Source of the DNA: the human T2T-CHM13v2.0 reference genome, Homo sapiens
Direction: 5' to 3' (one strand)
Length of the DNA stretch: 64,000 bases
Assembly: GCF_009914755.1 (NCBI RefSeq)
Contig: NC_060935.1
Of this stretch, positions 40,101 through 55,081 are shown piece by piece (within the stretch, counting starts at the first letter, position 1; each line of letters starts with the position of its first letter). Position numbers and translations under genes: made by a program. The notes below the pieces were generated by a model that was not told the DNA's origin, made no database searches, and was given only the letters and a program-made list of their open reading frames with translations.

Positions 40101-40189
40101 CACAGAAATCCTGAACACCGAAACCTCCTGGCTGCACCTCCCTGAACCAAGATCATAGTGAGGCTCCTTTACAATGCTGGGCAGAGCCG

Positions 40190-40430
40190 TATGTAAGAGA
40201 AAGAGACTCGGCTTTGGTGTCAGAGAGCCCTGAGTTCAAGTTTTGGCTCTGCCACTTAGAAGCTGTGTGACTGTCATCAAGTCACTTACTTTCTCTGGAG
40301 CTTTAGTTTTCTTATCACTAAATGGAAATAACGCCCACCTTATAGGATTGTTATGAGAATTAAAAGAGATAATGTATGTGAGTACTTAGCACCATGCTTG
40401 GAATATAGGAATTCTGAAAAATGGTAACTA
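40190..40430 (+). mobile_element. MIR
   Basis: gagttcaagttttggctctgccacttagaagctgtgtgac...ttgttatgagaattaaaagagataatg. Confidence 0.75.
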
Positions 40431-41299
40431 TTAATTCCACAATTACAATAAAGTCATGTTGAATGAATAAATCGCAAAGCCCTGAATCATCACCATGGTG
40501 ATCACTCTTCAGCGTTTACAACAGGGGTTCCAAAGCAAAAAACCTTGAGAGAAAAAGAGCAGAACATATCTAACAGAAGTGTGATACTATTTTATTACAC
40601 TGAATCCCACTCTGGACAACCTGCTGGCTCCTAGGAGCTCTAGTCGCAGGAGGGTGCCTGTAGCTGAACTTGTAGTTCAGAAACTGATGAGAATGGCTGT
40701 AGCCCTGACACTCAGAATAAAACCAGACACATGGGCTCACCATGTATTCAAAGATGAAAGCTCCTTTCTGCATTAGACTAGCATCTCAGAGCAAACCAGG
40801 CAGGGGCTGCTACCCAAATCCATACCTCTCTGCCCTGGGTTGAAGGTGTGCCATAAGGAGAAGGCCCTAGTGTTAATCAGCCAGGAATATTAAACAGCCC
40901 CTTGTTGTATGCAGGGACTTGATGGATTAAAAGATGGGGATAAGCCTCATCCTTGACAAGTAGTCAGTGGTTGGGAGGACAGCTGGCAAAGATACAAGAG
41001 CAGAGCTCGGGGATCTCACAGACCTAGACCTTAATTCTGTCTCCTACTGGCTACATTCACCTCTATGAGCCTCTAGTCATTCATCTATAAAATGTATATA
41101 TAATAGTAATGGCAATAAAAGGAAGAGAAAGAATATGGACTACCGTAGGTTGAATACATAGAGATTGAGAAATAAAACAAATATGGTCCTTGACTTTGAG
41201 ATGCTCATAGTCTAGTAAAGAAAATGGATATACAAACAGATATATACTACACAAACTGGTGATGATAAAATTACACATCAGCATCATCATCGCATACAT

Positions 41300-41530
41300 T
41301 AGTTAACATTTACTGAGTATTTACTACTTGCCGGATACTTTCTAAGTACTTTGATTATTTAATCCTTATAACAGCTCTGTAAAGAAGGTACTGTTATTAC
41401 TCCCAGTTTTGTAAATGAGGAAACTGACACATAAAGGCTAAGCAATTTGCCCAGGATTTCGAAACCTTTAATTGGTGGAGCCAGAATTTGAACTCAGGCA
41501 GTCTGCCTCCATAGACCCTACTGTTAAACA
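41300..41530 (-). mobile_element. MIR
   Basis: atttactgagtatttactac...atgaggaaactgac...gaatttgaactcaggcagtctg. Confidence 0.75.
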
Positions 41531-43349
41531 TTCTTTTTTGTGTGCATTCAATGAGTGAATGCAGGTAAGGTGCTTACATCAAGGCCTGCCACATACTGAG
41601 CACTTTCCAAGTGTCGACCACAATAATTCTTATCGGCATACGCCACAGCCCCAGGGAGCACCACAGGTATGGAGGGCAGCTGCCAGACTGACTGTCAGGC
41701 TCAGGAAAGGTTTCTGAGAAGTGACATGAGACCTATGTCTGAGGGGCATTCTAGGCAGAAGATAATGCATGTGCAAGGGTTCAGAAGCAAGGCCAGCTGG
41801 GGACAGTTTTATAACTAGAGTGAAATGGCTATGTGAAAACAGTGGCTGCGGGTGAGGTAGAGACACTGGGGCAGGCCCAGGTGGTCACTTCCTGGAGGTG
41901 CCAGGCTAAAGACCTTGGCCTTTATCCAGAGGGTGGGGGGTCACATTAGTATGTGAGGAAGATTTCTGGTGGCCACGTGGAGGATGAACCAGGCCGGGAC
42001 AGGCTATAAGAACCCCCTAGACTGATGGCAGGGTGCCTCCCTCGTGGAAAGATTCCAGTGGAGTCTACCACTATTCTTTTATAAGATCACATTCATGAGA
42101 AAAAGCCATAAACTTCCAGAGCTTTGGCTCAGGCAAGGAACTCAATCATGTCAATAGCCCTGTGATCTAAGGACAGCTCTGGCTCCAAGAAAGGGTGCCA
42201 GGCTGAGTGCCCACATCCAGCCCTGCAAATGGCAGACAGGTGCCTGAAGGTCTCCTTGCTACGGAGCTAATGATGACCCAAGCATACACTGCAGTCATTA
42301 ATTGGGTCCTAAAGATTGTCAGATATGAAAGATGATGGTATTTAGTTATCATAAAACAAAAACTCCTGCTGCCTGAGAATGCCAACAGAAAGAGTTATTT
42401 GGCTTCCATTAAAATGCCATCGACTACCACTGACATGGGATGGTGATGTAGCAGTGCTGAGAGCTTAGCTAATGAATCTTGGCCTACACGACCAATTTAT
42501 GAAGGCCGGAAAGCTCTTTATCAACACAGTCAGCAGTCGGAATCTGATAGCCTGACTTCCAGTCTCAGTTCTGCCTCCTTCAAGCTGTAGAATCTCAAGC
42601 ACTTTATTTAACCTGAGTTTCAGTTTCTTCACTTGTCAAATGTGTATGAAAGCACCTTGCAAACTGTAAAGTCTTGTGCAAGAGTTAGAGAAAACAATCA
42701 GTATTATTGTTACCTGAACCTAGAATGGATCAAAACAATGAAGTCCACAATGTAACCACCAGTCTGAACATGAGGCTAGGGGTCACACTTTTTGTAGTGT
42801 TTTCTCTGCCTATTCACTCCTTCTCCGGACAAAATGGTTTCGGTTCATTCTCACTTTAGTCCTATGTCACGGCCAGTGCTCAAGGCTTCTAAACAGTATT
42901 TGGCCTGAAATCCCAGATGGACTCACACACAAGGAAGGGCCCACAGAGGACAGCAGACTGTGGGGCTTCCCTGGCTCCCCTTCCAGTATTCTGATGGGGA
43001 ATAAAAAATAGCACCTTGAGGTCATAATATGGCTATTTCTGCTTCCTCATTCATTTAGTCAGGACAGAACTTTCGGTGAACACTCAGATTATTAAATTGC
43101 TTTGCATTTTACAAACAGTGATGAAGGGACAATGTATGAAAAAGCCTCATTGTATGATGCAGTGGTTTTTAAACAGGGGTGTATGGAAATGAGGAAGGGT
43201 GTTTTCTGGTTGTCACAATGGCTGGGAAGCACAGCTGGCCTTTGGCAGGAGGTGGCCAGGGAGGCTAGCTGCATGCAATGACTGGGACCAGTGATCCCAG
43301 GGGATATGTACTCCAGTTACAGTAGGATGGGTAAACAGCTACTGTAAGA

Positions 43350-43980
43350 CTTTATTCTCTGTTTGCCTCCTCCAGCCCCATCCTTAGTTCCAGACCATTC
43401 TCTGCCTTTCTGTGTCCCAGGAGGCTGACTCCTAAGGACTGCATCACCTGGGCTCCCTTGCCCACTGGCTTCTGGATAGGTTTGGCTAATGGTGAGCACA
43501 GCAGGACACTGAAAGGTAGGAAGAGAGAGAGGCTGGAGTAACCTTCTTGCTATTGTTTGGATGTGTACCCCAAATGTCATGTGTTGGAAACATAATATCC
43601 AATTCATATATTGATGGCATTTGGAGGTGGGGCCTTTGGAAAGTGATTATGGTGAGACAAAACCATCAGGGTGGGGCCCCAGTAGTGGGTCTGGTGGCTT
43701 TATAAGAAGAAGAGAGACCTGGTCTGACGCACTCTTGCCCTCTCACCATGTGATGTCTTCTGCAAAGTTATGACATGCTAAGAAGGCCCTCACCAGATGT
43801 GGCCCCCTGGACTTTGGATTTCCTAGCTTCCAAATGTAAGAAGGAAATTTCTTTTCTTTAGAAATTACCCAGTCTGCTAGAGCACAGATAATGAACAAGA
43901 CACTTCTTTTCCCCCAGCCCGTGGCAGCTCAGCTTCCGCTCTGAGTCTCAGGCAGTAGCCACATCCCTCCAGGATACAAC
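43350..43980. mobile_element. LTR33-like ERVL LTR fragment interrupted by the MST
   Basis: tgtgtcccaggaggctgact...ctggcttctggataggtttggctaatgg...ggaagagagagaggctggagta. Confidence 0.6.
43548..43902 (+). mobile_element. MST-family MaLR solo LTR
   Basis: tgctattgtttggatg...gaacaagaca, with the 5-bp TSD cttct at 43543-43547 and 43903-43907. Confidence 0.85.
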
Positions 43981-44240
43981 AATTTACACATAGAGTGGTC
44001 TAGGAAAGCTTCTAGGAAGAGCAAGAACTTGAACAGAGCACTGAAGTAGAGGCAGGACAGAGGCAGACAAAAGGGGAGCAAGAGGGCATTCTAGGTAGGG
44101 GCCTGGCATGAGTGAGCAAAGGCCCACAGGCTGAAAGATACAGACCCCTTGTGGCAGCAGTATGGTGAGAGACCTGGGCACATGGAATAGAGATCTGGCA
44201 ATGGACCACAAAGAGAGATGAGGTTGGAACCCACCTTTAA

Positions 44241-44585
<345 letters not shown>

Positions 44586-45610
44586 GACTTCCAAACTTTT
44601 AAAGCTAAGAGTAGTCATAAGAGTGAACCAGAACTCCCAGGCTTCATTAAAATGCACATGAGGTTCCTCAACCATCAGTGAATGTTCTCTAGGATAGGAC
44701 TGGGGGAGAGTGCCCTACTGCCCTTTAACTAGACAATTGAGGGAAGAACAGAGTTTTGGCAACTGCCAGAGAGAGGTGTAATCAACAATGCTCTCTATTC
44801 CTAGGGTCATGGTAATTCATAGACAAATTAAGCCAAGAGCATCAAAACCTGTCTCTTTTAAGCATGGGGCTTGCATAATTTGACTGGGCCACCATTTGAA
44901 TCCAAAAGTAGAACTCTCTCACAACATATACTCCACCAAATTTCATTCTTGCGCTTATCCCAATCAGCGGCTAATTTGCTGTGTGACCTTGGGCAAAACA
45001 CTTAACCTATCTGAGCCCGTTTCCCCAATTGACAAACAGAAAAGGAGGTGGTGGGAGTCCATTCCAATTTTAAAATCTAAGACTATATCATTCTGAACCT
45101 GTACTTGTTAATGAACATCTGCTTACAAAATATGTGCACAGCAAGTCGTGTATTATATTGTGTTGTGTGACTGGGCACCAAACAAGGCAAAAGGATGGAA
45201 TGAAAGAAAGGGAAACATGTGATGGTTCTTCCCTTCCTCCTTCCTTCCCTTCCTGCTTCTCTGCTTTCATTTCTTTTACAAACATCACTTTTTATATGCC
45301 TTGTCCTCGATACTGGAGACATAGAGATGGATTAGACAAAGTTTCTGCCTGTAAAATCTGAACAGGCAGATTTTGTTGGGAAAGGCCAGCTGCAGCCGGA
45401 GGGGTGGGATCTTTTCTGGATACATGCTTTCCCCCAACTTAAAGCTGTGTCTACCTCAAGGCAGAATTTGTCCTGGGAAAGCTTTCTGGCTGTCAAGTGA
45501 GTTTTCCTTCCTTCCATTGCCACCTTCTTACCCTTTTCAAAAATGATCTGATCCATAAACAGTTAGGTCAAGTCCCAAATCAACAAGGAACCATAGTTGA
45601 TGGGTAAGAG

Positions 45611-45613
<3 letters not shown>

Positions 45614-45647
<34 letters not shown>
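45614..45647. repeat. (TG)17 microsatellite
   Basis: Direct reading. Confidence 0.93.
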
Positions 45648-45649
<2 letters not shown>

Positions 45650-48109
45650 TGTCGGGGGTGGAATTCAGCTCAACAGGAGTCGGCAGTGTGATGGAGCGGA
45701 TAAGCAGCTCATGGAAATGTAGGTAGGCTGCATTCACAGAGGAAAAGCACGAAGAAACAGGGACGGCCATGCTGTGCTGATTTGCTGGAGCGGGCCCAGA
45801 GGAGGGATACTGGATGGCGGGGTCAACTCAGTACAGTAGAGGCTGATCCTTCTCAAGGTCTCTGGAGCTAGTTAATGCTTTCCCTGGCTTCCTTGGATGG
45901 TGAAGGGTTTAGAAACTGTGTCCCTGAGGGAGTAGGGGGAGGACTGATGCTGTTAGCCTGGAGAGGAGAAGGGGAAGGAGAAGAGCTTAAAGAAGGAGTA
46001 TGTGTTTAGGAGTCCAGCTGAAAAACGCTAAACGCCTTATAATGTCCAAGTCTCATAGCTTATGCCCACAGAATTCATGTGCTAGGAAATAAAACACCCA
46101 ATCACACGGTGTATTCAACAGTCCTAGATGGAAGAACTATTCCCAGCCTTGCCTTTAACTCACTCTGTGACTTTGGGGAAGTCCCTTTCTTTCTCTGGGC
46201 CTCAATTTGTCTATCTGAAAAAGGAAGTTCCTTCATTTTTAATCTCCTGAGTCCCTTCCAGCCATTGATGGTCTAGTTCCTCTTGGCTTCCCTTGTTCCT
46301 CTCAGGGAATTTCTTGGAAAGAAGGAAATAGCGAGAATACTACTGCTGCCTTCAAACTGCCAAAGGGGTGGGAGAAGGAGTAAATCTACTCCATGGGGCT
46401 TTAGGAAGATGAATGACAACCAAGACCAGGAAGTTACCTGGAGCAGACAGCAGTTAAGCTTAAGAAAACCCTTCCTCCTGCCAAGCTCTCCAGTATTGAA
46501 TGGGCTGCCTCTTAAGGTAGTGAGCTCCTTGTCAGTGAAGCAGGGCTAATATAATGAGCCTCAACCTCCTGCCTGAATGTCAAGCCTCTACTGCTCTAAC
46601 TAAATGTATACACAGTTAAACTTAATGCCTCCCTGTCCCTGCAGCCCCAATTCTATACTCCCTCTCCTAATGCTCCTGATCTCAACATCACCAGCTGCTG
46701 TCAGAACCTCCCACCCAATCAATCAACCAGACCTCTGGGAACTGCCACTGTGTCTTCCTTCTTTTTCAGGTTCAACAACTTAACAATGTAACCAATTCCT
46801 CTAGCTGTCATCTTCCACATATCTGCTAGCTCCTCACCACCCCTACTGCCACTACATTAGCTCAGGTCCTCACTGGTGGAGAGTCAGGCCAGGGGCATAG
46901 TGAACATTGGTGCCCCAGCCTGCCGGCTCACCCGCTTCAATTCAGTGGCTATCCATCAGATGGAGTGAACTCCCTAAAAGGAAACTGGGTTATGTTGCTT
47001 CCCTGATTGAAAGCATTTTTGTGGCTCCCCACTGCCTACAGTACGAGACCCCCCACCATCCGGCATGAGTCCACTGCTCCAGGGTAGCACCCCATAGCTC
47101 GCCACCTCCCTCTTTAAAAAGGTGCCAAGGTTAACAGGTTAATTAGACACCACTCATGAAACTGCTCACTGCTTGTCTCATGGCCATGGCTATGCACATA
47201 TTGTTTTCTGCGTGGGAGGCTTTTCACACCTTTGCCTGGTTAACTCAGATTAGAAGTTTCCTCCTCCAGGAAGCCTTCTCTGACCACTCTCACTCCTAGT
47301 TTGGGCTCTCTAGCCTCCATGGCTCACTCTGAGTTATCACCATTTGTTTACGGGTCTGTCTCTTCCACCAGACTGTATGCTCCAAGGGCAGAGGTTGTAT
47401 CTTAATATATCATAGCCTGTGTGAGGCTAGAAGTGGATGATTACCCTCTCTGGGGTACCAGGTAGGTTCCCATCTGTGGACTCTCTTACCTAGGAACTGT
47501 CACTGATTCTCGAGGGGCCTGGGGTGATTTGGGCACTCTGTGCATCCTCATCCTTCTCTTTAAACTTGACCTGACATTTCTCCAAACTGCACATTTAAGA
47601 CAGCTGATAATTGAGATGGGCATAAACTTTTTATTTTTATCCACAGTTGGAGATGCCATGAAAAGAAAATCAAGACAATGAATCTCAAGGCTCCTGCAGG
47701 GAATAGCCTACTTTGTTGAAACTGATGGCCAGCATCAAAGGTCAAGGCAGGTTATCAGGTCATTTTCCAAATTCTAACCCCAATTCCATGGGCCCTGCAG
47801 GAGGCTAAATACCAGCACATGGAAGAGGTGAATTCTCATCCATCATGTTCATACCTTTCCCTCCACTTTGTAGCCATCAGTAATTTTGAAGAAACGACTT
47901 TCTCTTGGAAAAGACACTGAGATTCCTCAAATGAAAGGGACAGGTTGGCTAAAAGGTCGCTAGAACGCACAGAGCAGTATTGCATGGTGGGTAAGCACTG
48001 TGGCTCAGGCTCAAGCTGCCTCGGGATCAAATCTCACCTGCCCTGCATACACACTGGTCATATTACAGACCTTTTCTGGACCCCAGTTTCATGCCACAAA
48101 CCTCATTCA

Positions 48110-48360
48110 AACAGCACAGTGGCCAGGAGGTTGAGTGCTGAATCAAATGGAACAAAGTTTGAAACCAGGGTTTACCACTTACTAGCTTTGTGGCTTTGAG
48201 TGCGTTTTTAACCTCTGAAAGCCTTGATTTCTTCATCTGTAAAATGGGGATAATAGCATAATCTACTTCTTAGCGTTGTTGTAGGAATTTAGTGAGACAG
48301 TGGATATGGAGTCCTTAGCATAGTGACCAGCCAATAGAAAGGATCAATTTAGGCTATTAA
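48110..48360 (+). mobile_element. MIR
   Basis: ccacttactagctttgtggc...ttcttcatctgtaaaatggggataatagc. Confidence 0.75.
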
Positions 48361-51300
48361 TTCACTCTCATAGCTCCTTGGAATTACATCTAATTAATTT
48401 TTCCTTATGCTATAGGGTCTCCAAGGGCAGAAATCTTATTTGCTTTTCCACTTAGTGCTTGGTGGCTATAAAATGTTTGTTGAATGAAACTAAATTAAGC
48501 CTTTGTCCATGTACAGTCTTTAGGTCTGGACACTGGGAGGTTGTCAGGGAGGAAAAAAATAAATATTTATTTTTAAATTTATTTCCTTTATTTTAAAAAT
48601 TCCACCATGTAGAACTAGAGACTGAATATTTATTGACACATGACAATGATCAGGGCTTTTACAAAGGTTTCCTTAGTTCATCTTCAGAGGAACAGTATAG
48701 AGTAGGACTTAATTTCTCCATTTTGCAGATGAGAAAACTGAGCCTCAGAAATCTACTCACATCTTTCTTTGTTTATGAAATTTTTCAATTTTTTTCAATG
48801 ATGGGATATTTCAGGCCCTAGCATTGGGGTCAACTCTGTTAAATGTGACATCTTGATTTAAAAAGCAAACAACATACAAAACAAGAAATCTGCCCATGGT
48901 CACACTGCTGGGAAATGATAAAAGCTAAGATCCCAATACAAGCTTCTGATTGCTCTTTCTACTTTTGATGCCTCCTAGAGGCAGAAGAAGAAAAAATTAA
49001 TTCTGAAGTACCTCGGCTACATGCACTGAGCAATTTATTAAATGCAAAAACCCCTCATGTATTTTTGTTATGCTTGAACAGCAACCATATCAATAGTTAT
49101 ATGAATGATGTTTTGGGGACCACAAAAAGTGTTGCTGTTTGATAACACACCAGAAGGACAATCCTAAGATATGGGTGTTATTATCCTCCTTTCACAAGTA
49201 AGAAAATGGAGACTTTGCAAGGCTACACAGCTTGCCCAGGTGGCAGAGCCCATAAACAGAGACTCCAAATGCAGAGTCCTTCCCAGCCTTTAGAGAAGTT
49301 GCATGCAAACGCCTCTACCTTCACCGAAGAGCGGCCATCCAAATCCAGCAAGTCACAAGGCAGCATGGTGGCCTCCTACTCATGTGACCCTTACCTTCTT
49401 CCTCAGGCCCTAAAAGGCCTCACTTGGGGGAAAAGGTGGAAAGCATCTAACTAAGTGTACAAATCAGAGAGATGCTTTTCATCATTTACGACTGACCACA
49501 TGTGGGTTTTTTTATTTTTATTTTTTTTATATCGGCTCAGGAGATCTTGGGCAGGTATTCCATCCATCAATGTCCATAAGCCAAGTCATACTACAAACAG
49601 ATAAAAGAAATTTTGTCTTCCTGAAGTCCTCTCCAAAGTGCCCAGCTCAATCCCTAGGCAACAGAAATGTAATAATAATACCAATGATGGCCTCAAAATA
49701 TTGAAGGCTTGCTGGGCTGCTAGTTAGTCTGCAAAGCATCTTTAGGCCACTGTCTTTCCATTTCATCTTCCCAAGAGTCCTCGGACATAGGTTTAAGAGG
49801 AACGTAATACAGTATGGTAGGAGGGTGGCCTGGGTTTGAATCCTGGCTCTACTATTTCCTAGCTGTGGCCCTGCCCAAGTTACTTAGCTTTTCTTGTGCC
49901 CATTTTCCTGGCTTGAGATATAGAGACATTAGTCATAGGGTTGCCATGAGGATTCATGTAAAGTGCTAAGAACACGCATGACACACAGCAAGTACTCACC
50001 TAATGTTAGCTATTGTTATCTCTATCTTCCAGAAGAGAAAACTGAGGCTCGGGGAGAGAATGTGTTCATGCTCCATGGCAACTAAGTGCCAAGAAATCCA
50101 AGTCTGTCTGGCTTCGACTCCCATGCTCTTAACGGCGACAGTATAATTTCCACCCCTCACTGACCTGTACGTTTCACCTGGCATGCAGTAGGTGTTCTGA
50201 AAATAGTACTATTATTAGTATTTAAGAATGTCCTCTTAAGTGCTGTGGTCCTCGTCAATGCCCTCCTACTCCTTCTCTTACCACAGCATCATGTGCTGTT
50301 TATAGAGCAGTCCCCTCACAAACCCCAGAGTCAAGGCACAAACGACGCTAACTTTATTTCAATACAAAAGGTGTACATTCTGTGGGTGCCACCTGGGCTT
50401 ATTCCCCAAGTTAATTCTTTTCTCTCAGCTGTGGAATATTTTATTTTTCCAATTTTAGAATCTACTTATGTTAAAAAAAAAAAAAAGGGACAGAGAGAGA
50501 AATCCAATCAGCCCAGTTCAGGTTTGTGAAACAAATAATGCAGCCGGCATGGAACCTTAATCAAACAGTTATATTCATAACCACAGCGATCACTGTTCTG
50601 CCTAATTTATACAGCCCAGGGCATCCTGAAGAAAATGTCTCTTGACAATGTAAGATGCAATGCAGAGGTGCGCTGACACCACTGAAGGGGTGTAGATCTC
50701 CAGGCCTGGCATCCTGATGAATCTGAAGCAAATTGGGATTCGGAGGCACATCCCCAGGAATTCCACCCATGCCTGAATGTCATTCTGTATTTTCTTTTTA
50801 AATAAGGAAGTGCGAGAAATAAACTTTTACCTGGCTGCTTCCTTTGTTTTTTGGAAGAAATAAAGTAGAAAGACCAAGCTGCCTTCATGTTCTAGAGAGG
50901 ACAAGTGCTTCAGAGTCCGGTTGACATGGGTTTGAATCCCAGCTCTGCCACTCACTCAGCTGTGTGGTCTAGACAAGTTACTTAGCCTCTCTGAGTGTCA
51001 TCTATAAAATGGAGATAATTGTACCTACTCAGAGATTGAAGCTTAAATGAGAGAAAGTGAGTTTCCTATATGAATTTTTGTATTCCTAATGGTCCCAGCA
51101 CAAGACCTACTTATTGTAAATCTAATCTAAATGTGTATTCACTATGTCTACAGTCCTAATGTCTATGGTTACTGAGTGAATACTATGTGCCAGAGATTGT
51201 GTTAAGTTCTTTACATGCATGAACTTATTTTATTCTAAAAACAACCCCATAAAACATGTATTATTATCCAATTTCCAGTTTGAAATAACCAAGGCTTTGA

Positions 51301-51404
51301 GAAGTGGGTAGACTGGTCCAAAATAACACAATTAGTAAGAGGGGGAGCTATTAGAGGTGCCATGATCACAGAGGTAGAGCCAGGATCCAAATGCAGGCTT
51401 GTTG

Positions 51405-51830
51405 ATTCTTCTTCTCTGTCCTGCCCCCTCCCTCCACATCACCCATCAAACTCCATGCTCAGCACCCTGGCTAGGGTGACTGATTCAGGCAAATATGTGA
51501 CTTTGGTCAGGCCAATCAGAGGCAATCACAAGATTTTTCTGGAGCTATAGAAAAAGTGGCACTGTTTTTTTCCGTTTGGTTACAAGGCTGGTAGTAGATA
51601 AGCTTGCAGGGGTCCCTTTGTCATCATATGAGGAATGCCTGCCTGAGAATAAGGCCAAAACAAAGGGAAACAGGGTCAGGAGGGATTCATTAAGACATCT
51701 GAATGCCTAGATCTAGCTGCACTGATGGGAAAAGGAGCCCCTGGACTTTCAGTAACACCACCGTGACATTTTCCTTGCTTAAAAACGTGAGTTGGAGTTG
51801 GGTTTCCATCCTTACAGCTGGGATACATGC
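51405..51830 (+). mobile_element. Old MLT1 (J/K-like) LTR remnant
   Basis: ggtcaggccaatcaga...gcctgcctgagaataaggcc...cctggactttcagtaac...gagttgggtttcc. Confidence 0.55.
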
Positions 51831-52185
51831 CTAACCCGCTGTGCTATCAGCCTAGAGTGCCTTTCCTAGACCCTCCTCAATCCGTGAGGTTAGAACTCAA
51901 CTCAGAGGCTGAAACACCGCGTCACTCTTCAGGCAGACCTGACCACACCCTCCTTCATGTCCCAGGAACCCAAAACCACAAGGTAGCTGTGCTTGTCCAG
52001 CTAGCACACTAACTCGTATGCATGCATATGTCCCCCACTAATCTGTGAGCCCCTCGAGATGCCTCTTATTTATCACCATGTCACTTGCACTGAGTCCAGT
52101 GCTTGTCACATAGTAGGTGCGAATGTTAGTGAACAGATGAGCAGGAATCACTCTCTCAAACCTCATCAACATCTCAGCAGATGTT

Positions 52186-52312
52186 CACTATTTCCTCAGA
52201 CCATCGATATCAACTCAGCCAAGCACTCCTTTCTCAAATATTTTTTTCCTGGAGCACCTCTCATATGCCAGGCATTGAATCAGGCACAGAGGGCACAATG
52301 ACAAACAAGAGT
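52186..52312 (+). repeat. Copy 1 of a 127-bp dispersed direct duplication (copy 2 at 54955-55081)
   Basis: About 119/127 identity, ungapped, by manual alignment. Confidence 0.92.
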
Positions 52313-54954
52313 AGTTTTTAAAACCAGAGATGTTTTAAAATATAATGCTCTACTACTATAAAGTTCTGACTATTTCTACTTCGTAAGAAAAATGTCCTGT
52401 AATGATCTGTGGATATTAAGTAATATTAACGTCCGTTTCCAGGTGGACAGACCATGACCTGTGTGGAAATGGGAGCAGCTGCACCGCTGAGCCCGGAGGC
52501 AGGAATAGGCATCCTCTGGGTAACAGTAACACAGCCTGCAGCTTTGTTCACGGTCTCGTCCTCTCGCTGCATTACTCCTGGACACTGTTACTAATCACAC
52601 TTACTCACATTGATTTTTTTTTTCTCCCCGAGGATGAACTACCTCATCCTTCCTTAATCTAATGACTGAAATTAGGCAAAAGCAGCCATCTGATAGATGT
52701 TAGGCATCATCCCAGAGAGGAAAACATCAAACAAGATTATATATATGTGTGTATATATATATAAAAGCCTTTTAATGTGTCCATTCTCTTAACTGCCCAT
52801 GCAAATCAGGCAGAATAATTCCAAATGGGGAAAAATGTATTTGAGTCTGTGGCTGTTTTCATGACCCTTCCTTGTGTCAGGTCAACCAAAGAGTGCATTT
52901 TTGTGGCGGCCAGTCTTTCCTCGTAAGTACATGCTGAGCCTCCTGTGTGCCGGGCTCTGTGCTAGGTACTTTAAATCTGGGCTTTCTGATCTGTGTTACA
53001 GCACTGTGAAGTTTAACGCTATCAACTTCATTTCACGAATGAGGAAACTGGGTCTCAGGGAAGTGAAGGGTTAGCATGAGTCTGTCCAATAAGTGGTGGA
53101 TTCAAACCAAGGACTAGCTTGACTCTCCAAGCACAGGGTCTTTCTACCTCTCTCCATTGTCTACCATTGACACTGTATGTTACAGGGATCCAGAAAAGCT
53201 GGGAAGAGCCAGTCCTGTGAAGGCTGGCATTTATACGGTGTGTTGGGTCCCACCTATGGCGTGATATTACTTAGGTCTAGAAAGTAATGGGGGAGATGCC
53301 TGGGTCTGTCATGTGTCTGGATATCCCAAGCTGAGGTCTGGAGAGGGAGTGCCACGGCACAGCAACCATGTCCAAAGACAAATGCACTGTGCCCAAGGGA
53401 ACTTGAGAAATACAACTCTGTTTCTCTCTCTCTCTAGAACTCAAATGTGGCATTTAGGAATATTTCTAGATGTCGAAAGCCTCCATGAAGATACAGTCTG
53501 ACTGTCCCCTTTACATACACTTGAGGTACACAGACACTTCCTTCCTGACTGTTCGTATTTGCCGTGTATGAGCCTGACTGTACAGCATAGCGGGGCTGTA
53601 GCCAAAGCAACCAGGCTCCCTGGGGAATCCTGCTCTCCCAGTAGACTGACAGGGAAGGCCTAGAGATGGAAGGTGCAGGACCAAGGCAAGGAGGGAGGTG
53701 TCAGTCCTGGGCAGCCTGGGGTCTTATTGACAGCTCAAGGCAATGTTTTGGGCTCATCACTAGACTGAAATCACACACTGCCTATCTCACTTGTGATCTC
53801 AGACTGAGGATCATGAGAATTCCCTTGGGGCCCTCAAACCCACAGACTCTCTCCCTTCTCTGCCTTCAGAGTACAGAGGCAAGTCAACCAACTTTCACTG
53901 GTACCTACTATGTCCAAGATCATGTGATAGGCATGGAGAGAGGGAATAGCACGAATGTCATCTCTACCATCAAGGCACTGAGCCTCCTGAAGGAGACAGG
54001 CTTACAGACAACAGCCCTAACCAGATGCAGTGTGGGAACTGCTGGCACCCAGGCTGTATATTGAATGTGATGAGGCTGGAGTGACTGATGTTTTCTTGCA
54101 AAATTGGGAGACAGTGCCCAGGAGAAGGCAATAAATGCCTATCAGATGTCCATGTGCAGCAGGCGCTCTGCAGAACATTTCTATTCAAGGTCTCTGAGGT
54201 GATCTCTGGAGGCCTTGAAGGATGGACAGAATTAAATGATAGGGACAAGGTATAAAATATGCAGAGACAGCATGAGGAAAGGCAGGCAGGCAGAAAATAA
54301 TAGGAGGGCAGCCTATACCTTTCAAAAGCCAATTAATTTAATTAAGCCTTGCCCTCATGATGTCTTTATGATGACAATTCTCTTGTTAACTCCTCATGTG
54401 TTTTTGCCTAGTGTCTCCAATTAGGACAACATGTCTAAATACTTCTTTAAATCTCTGTTTCTCCCTAGAGTCCACACAGTGCTCTGTTTGCAATAAAATC
54501 TGACTTAACTCTTATGATAAAATGAGGACTACATTCCTACATGCGAAAAAAACAGATTGGACTGACACAGACACAAATATCATTTCTGAATATCCTATCC
54601 AAAGGCAGATTTTAACTTCAAAAAGAAAACCCTTTGCATGGTGATCCAAAGACTAGCAGTGAATGAAGGCAACAGCATGAGAATCCCGGTCAAACACGTC
54701 AAACATGTGATTATAGTTCAGCAGGCATCAGCCCCAAAGGCCTAAGACCTGTGACATATCAGGAAAGTGAGTTAAACAAAAATGTTCCTCAAGTACAAAA
54801 TACAAGGAGAGGCACTCGGGAGGTTAGGTGCACCCGGAGGTAGAAGACTCTCAGGCCTGGGATGAGAATCCGCCAAGGAAGGAGGTGAGATGTATGATGC
54901 TAGCCTCCAGCCAGTGCTCAAGACATCCTCAGCATCTCCATCACTACCACTTAC

Positions 54955-55081
54955 CACTATTTCCTCAGACCAGCGATATCAGCTCCACCAAGCACTCCTT
55001 TCTCAAATGTTTTTTTCCTGGAGTACCTCTCATATGCCAGGTATTGAATCAAGCACAGAGGGCACAATGACAAACAAGAGT
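54955..55081 (+). repeat. Copy 2 of the 127-bp dispersed direct duplication
   Basis: About 119/127 identity to 52186-52312. Confidence 0.92.
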
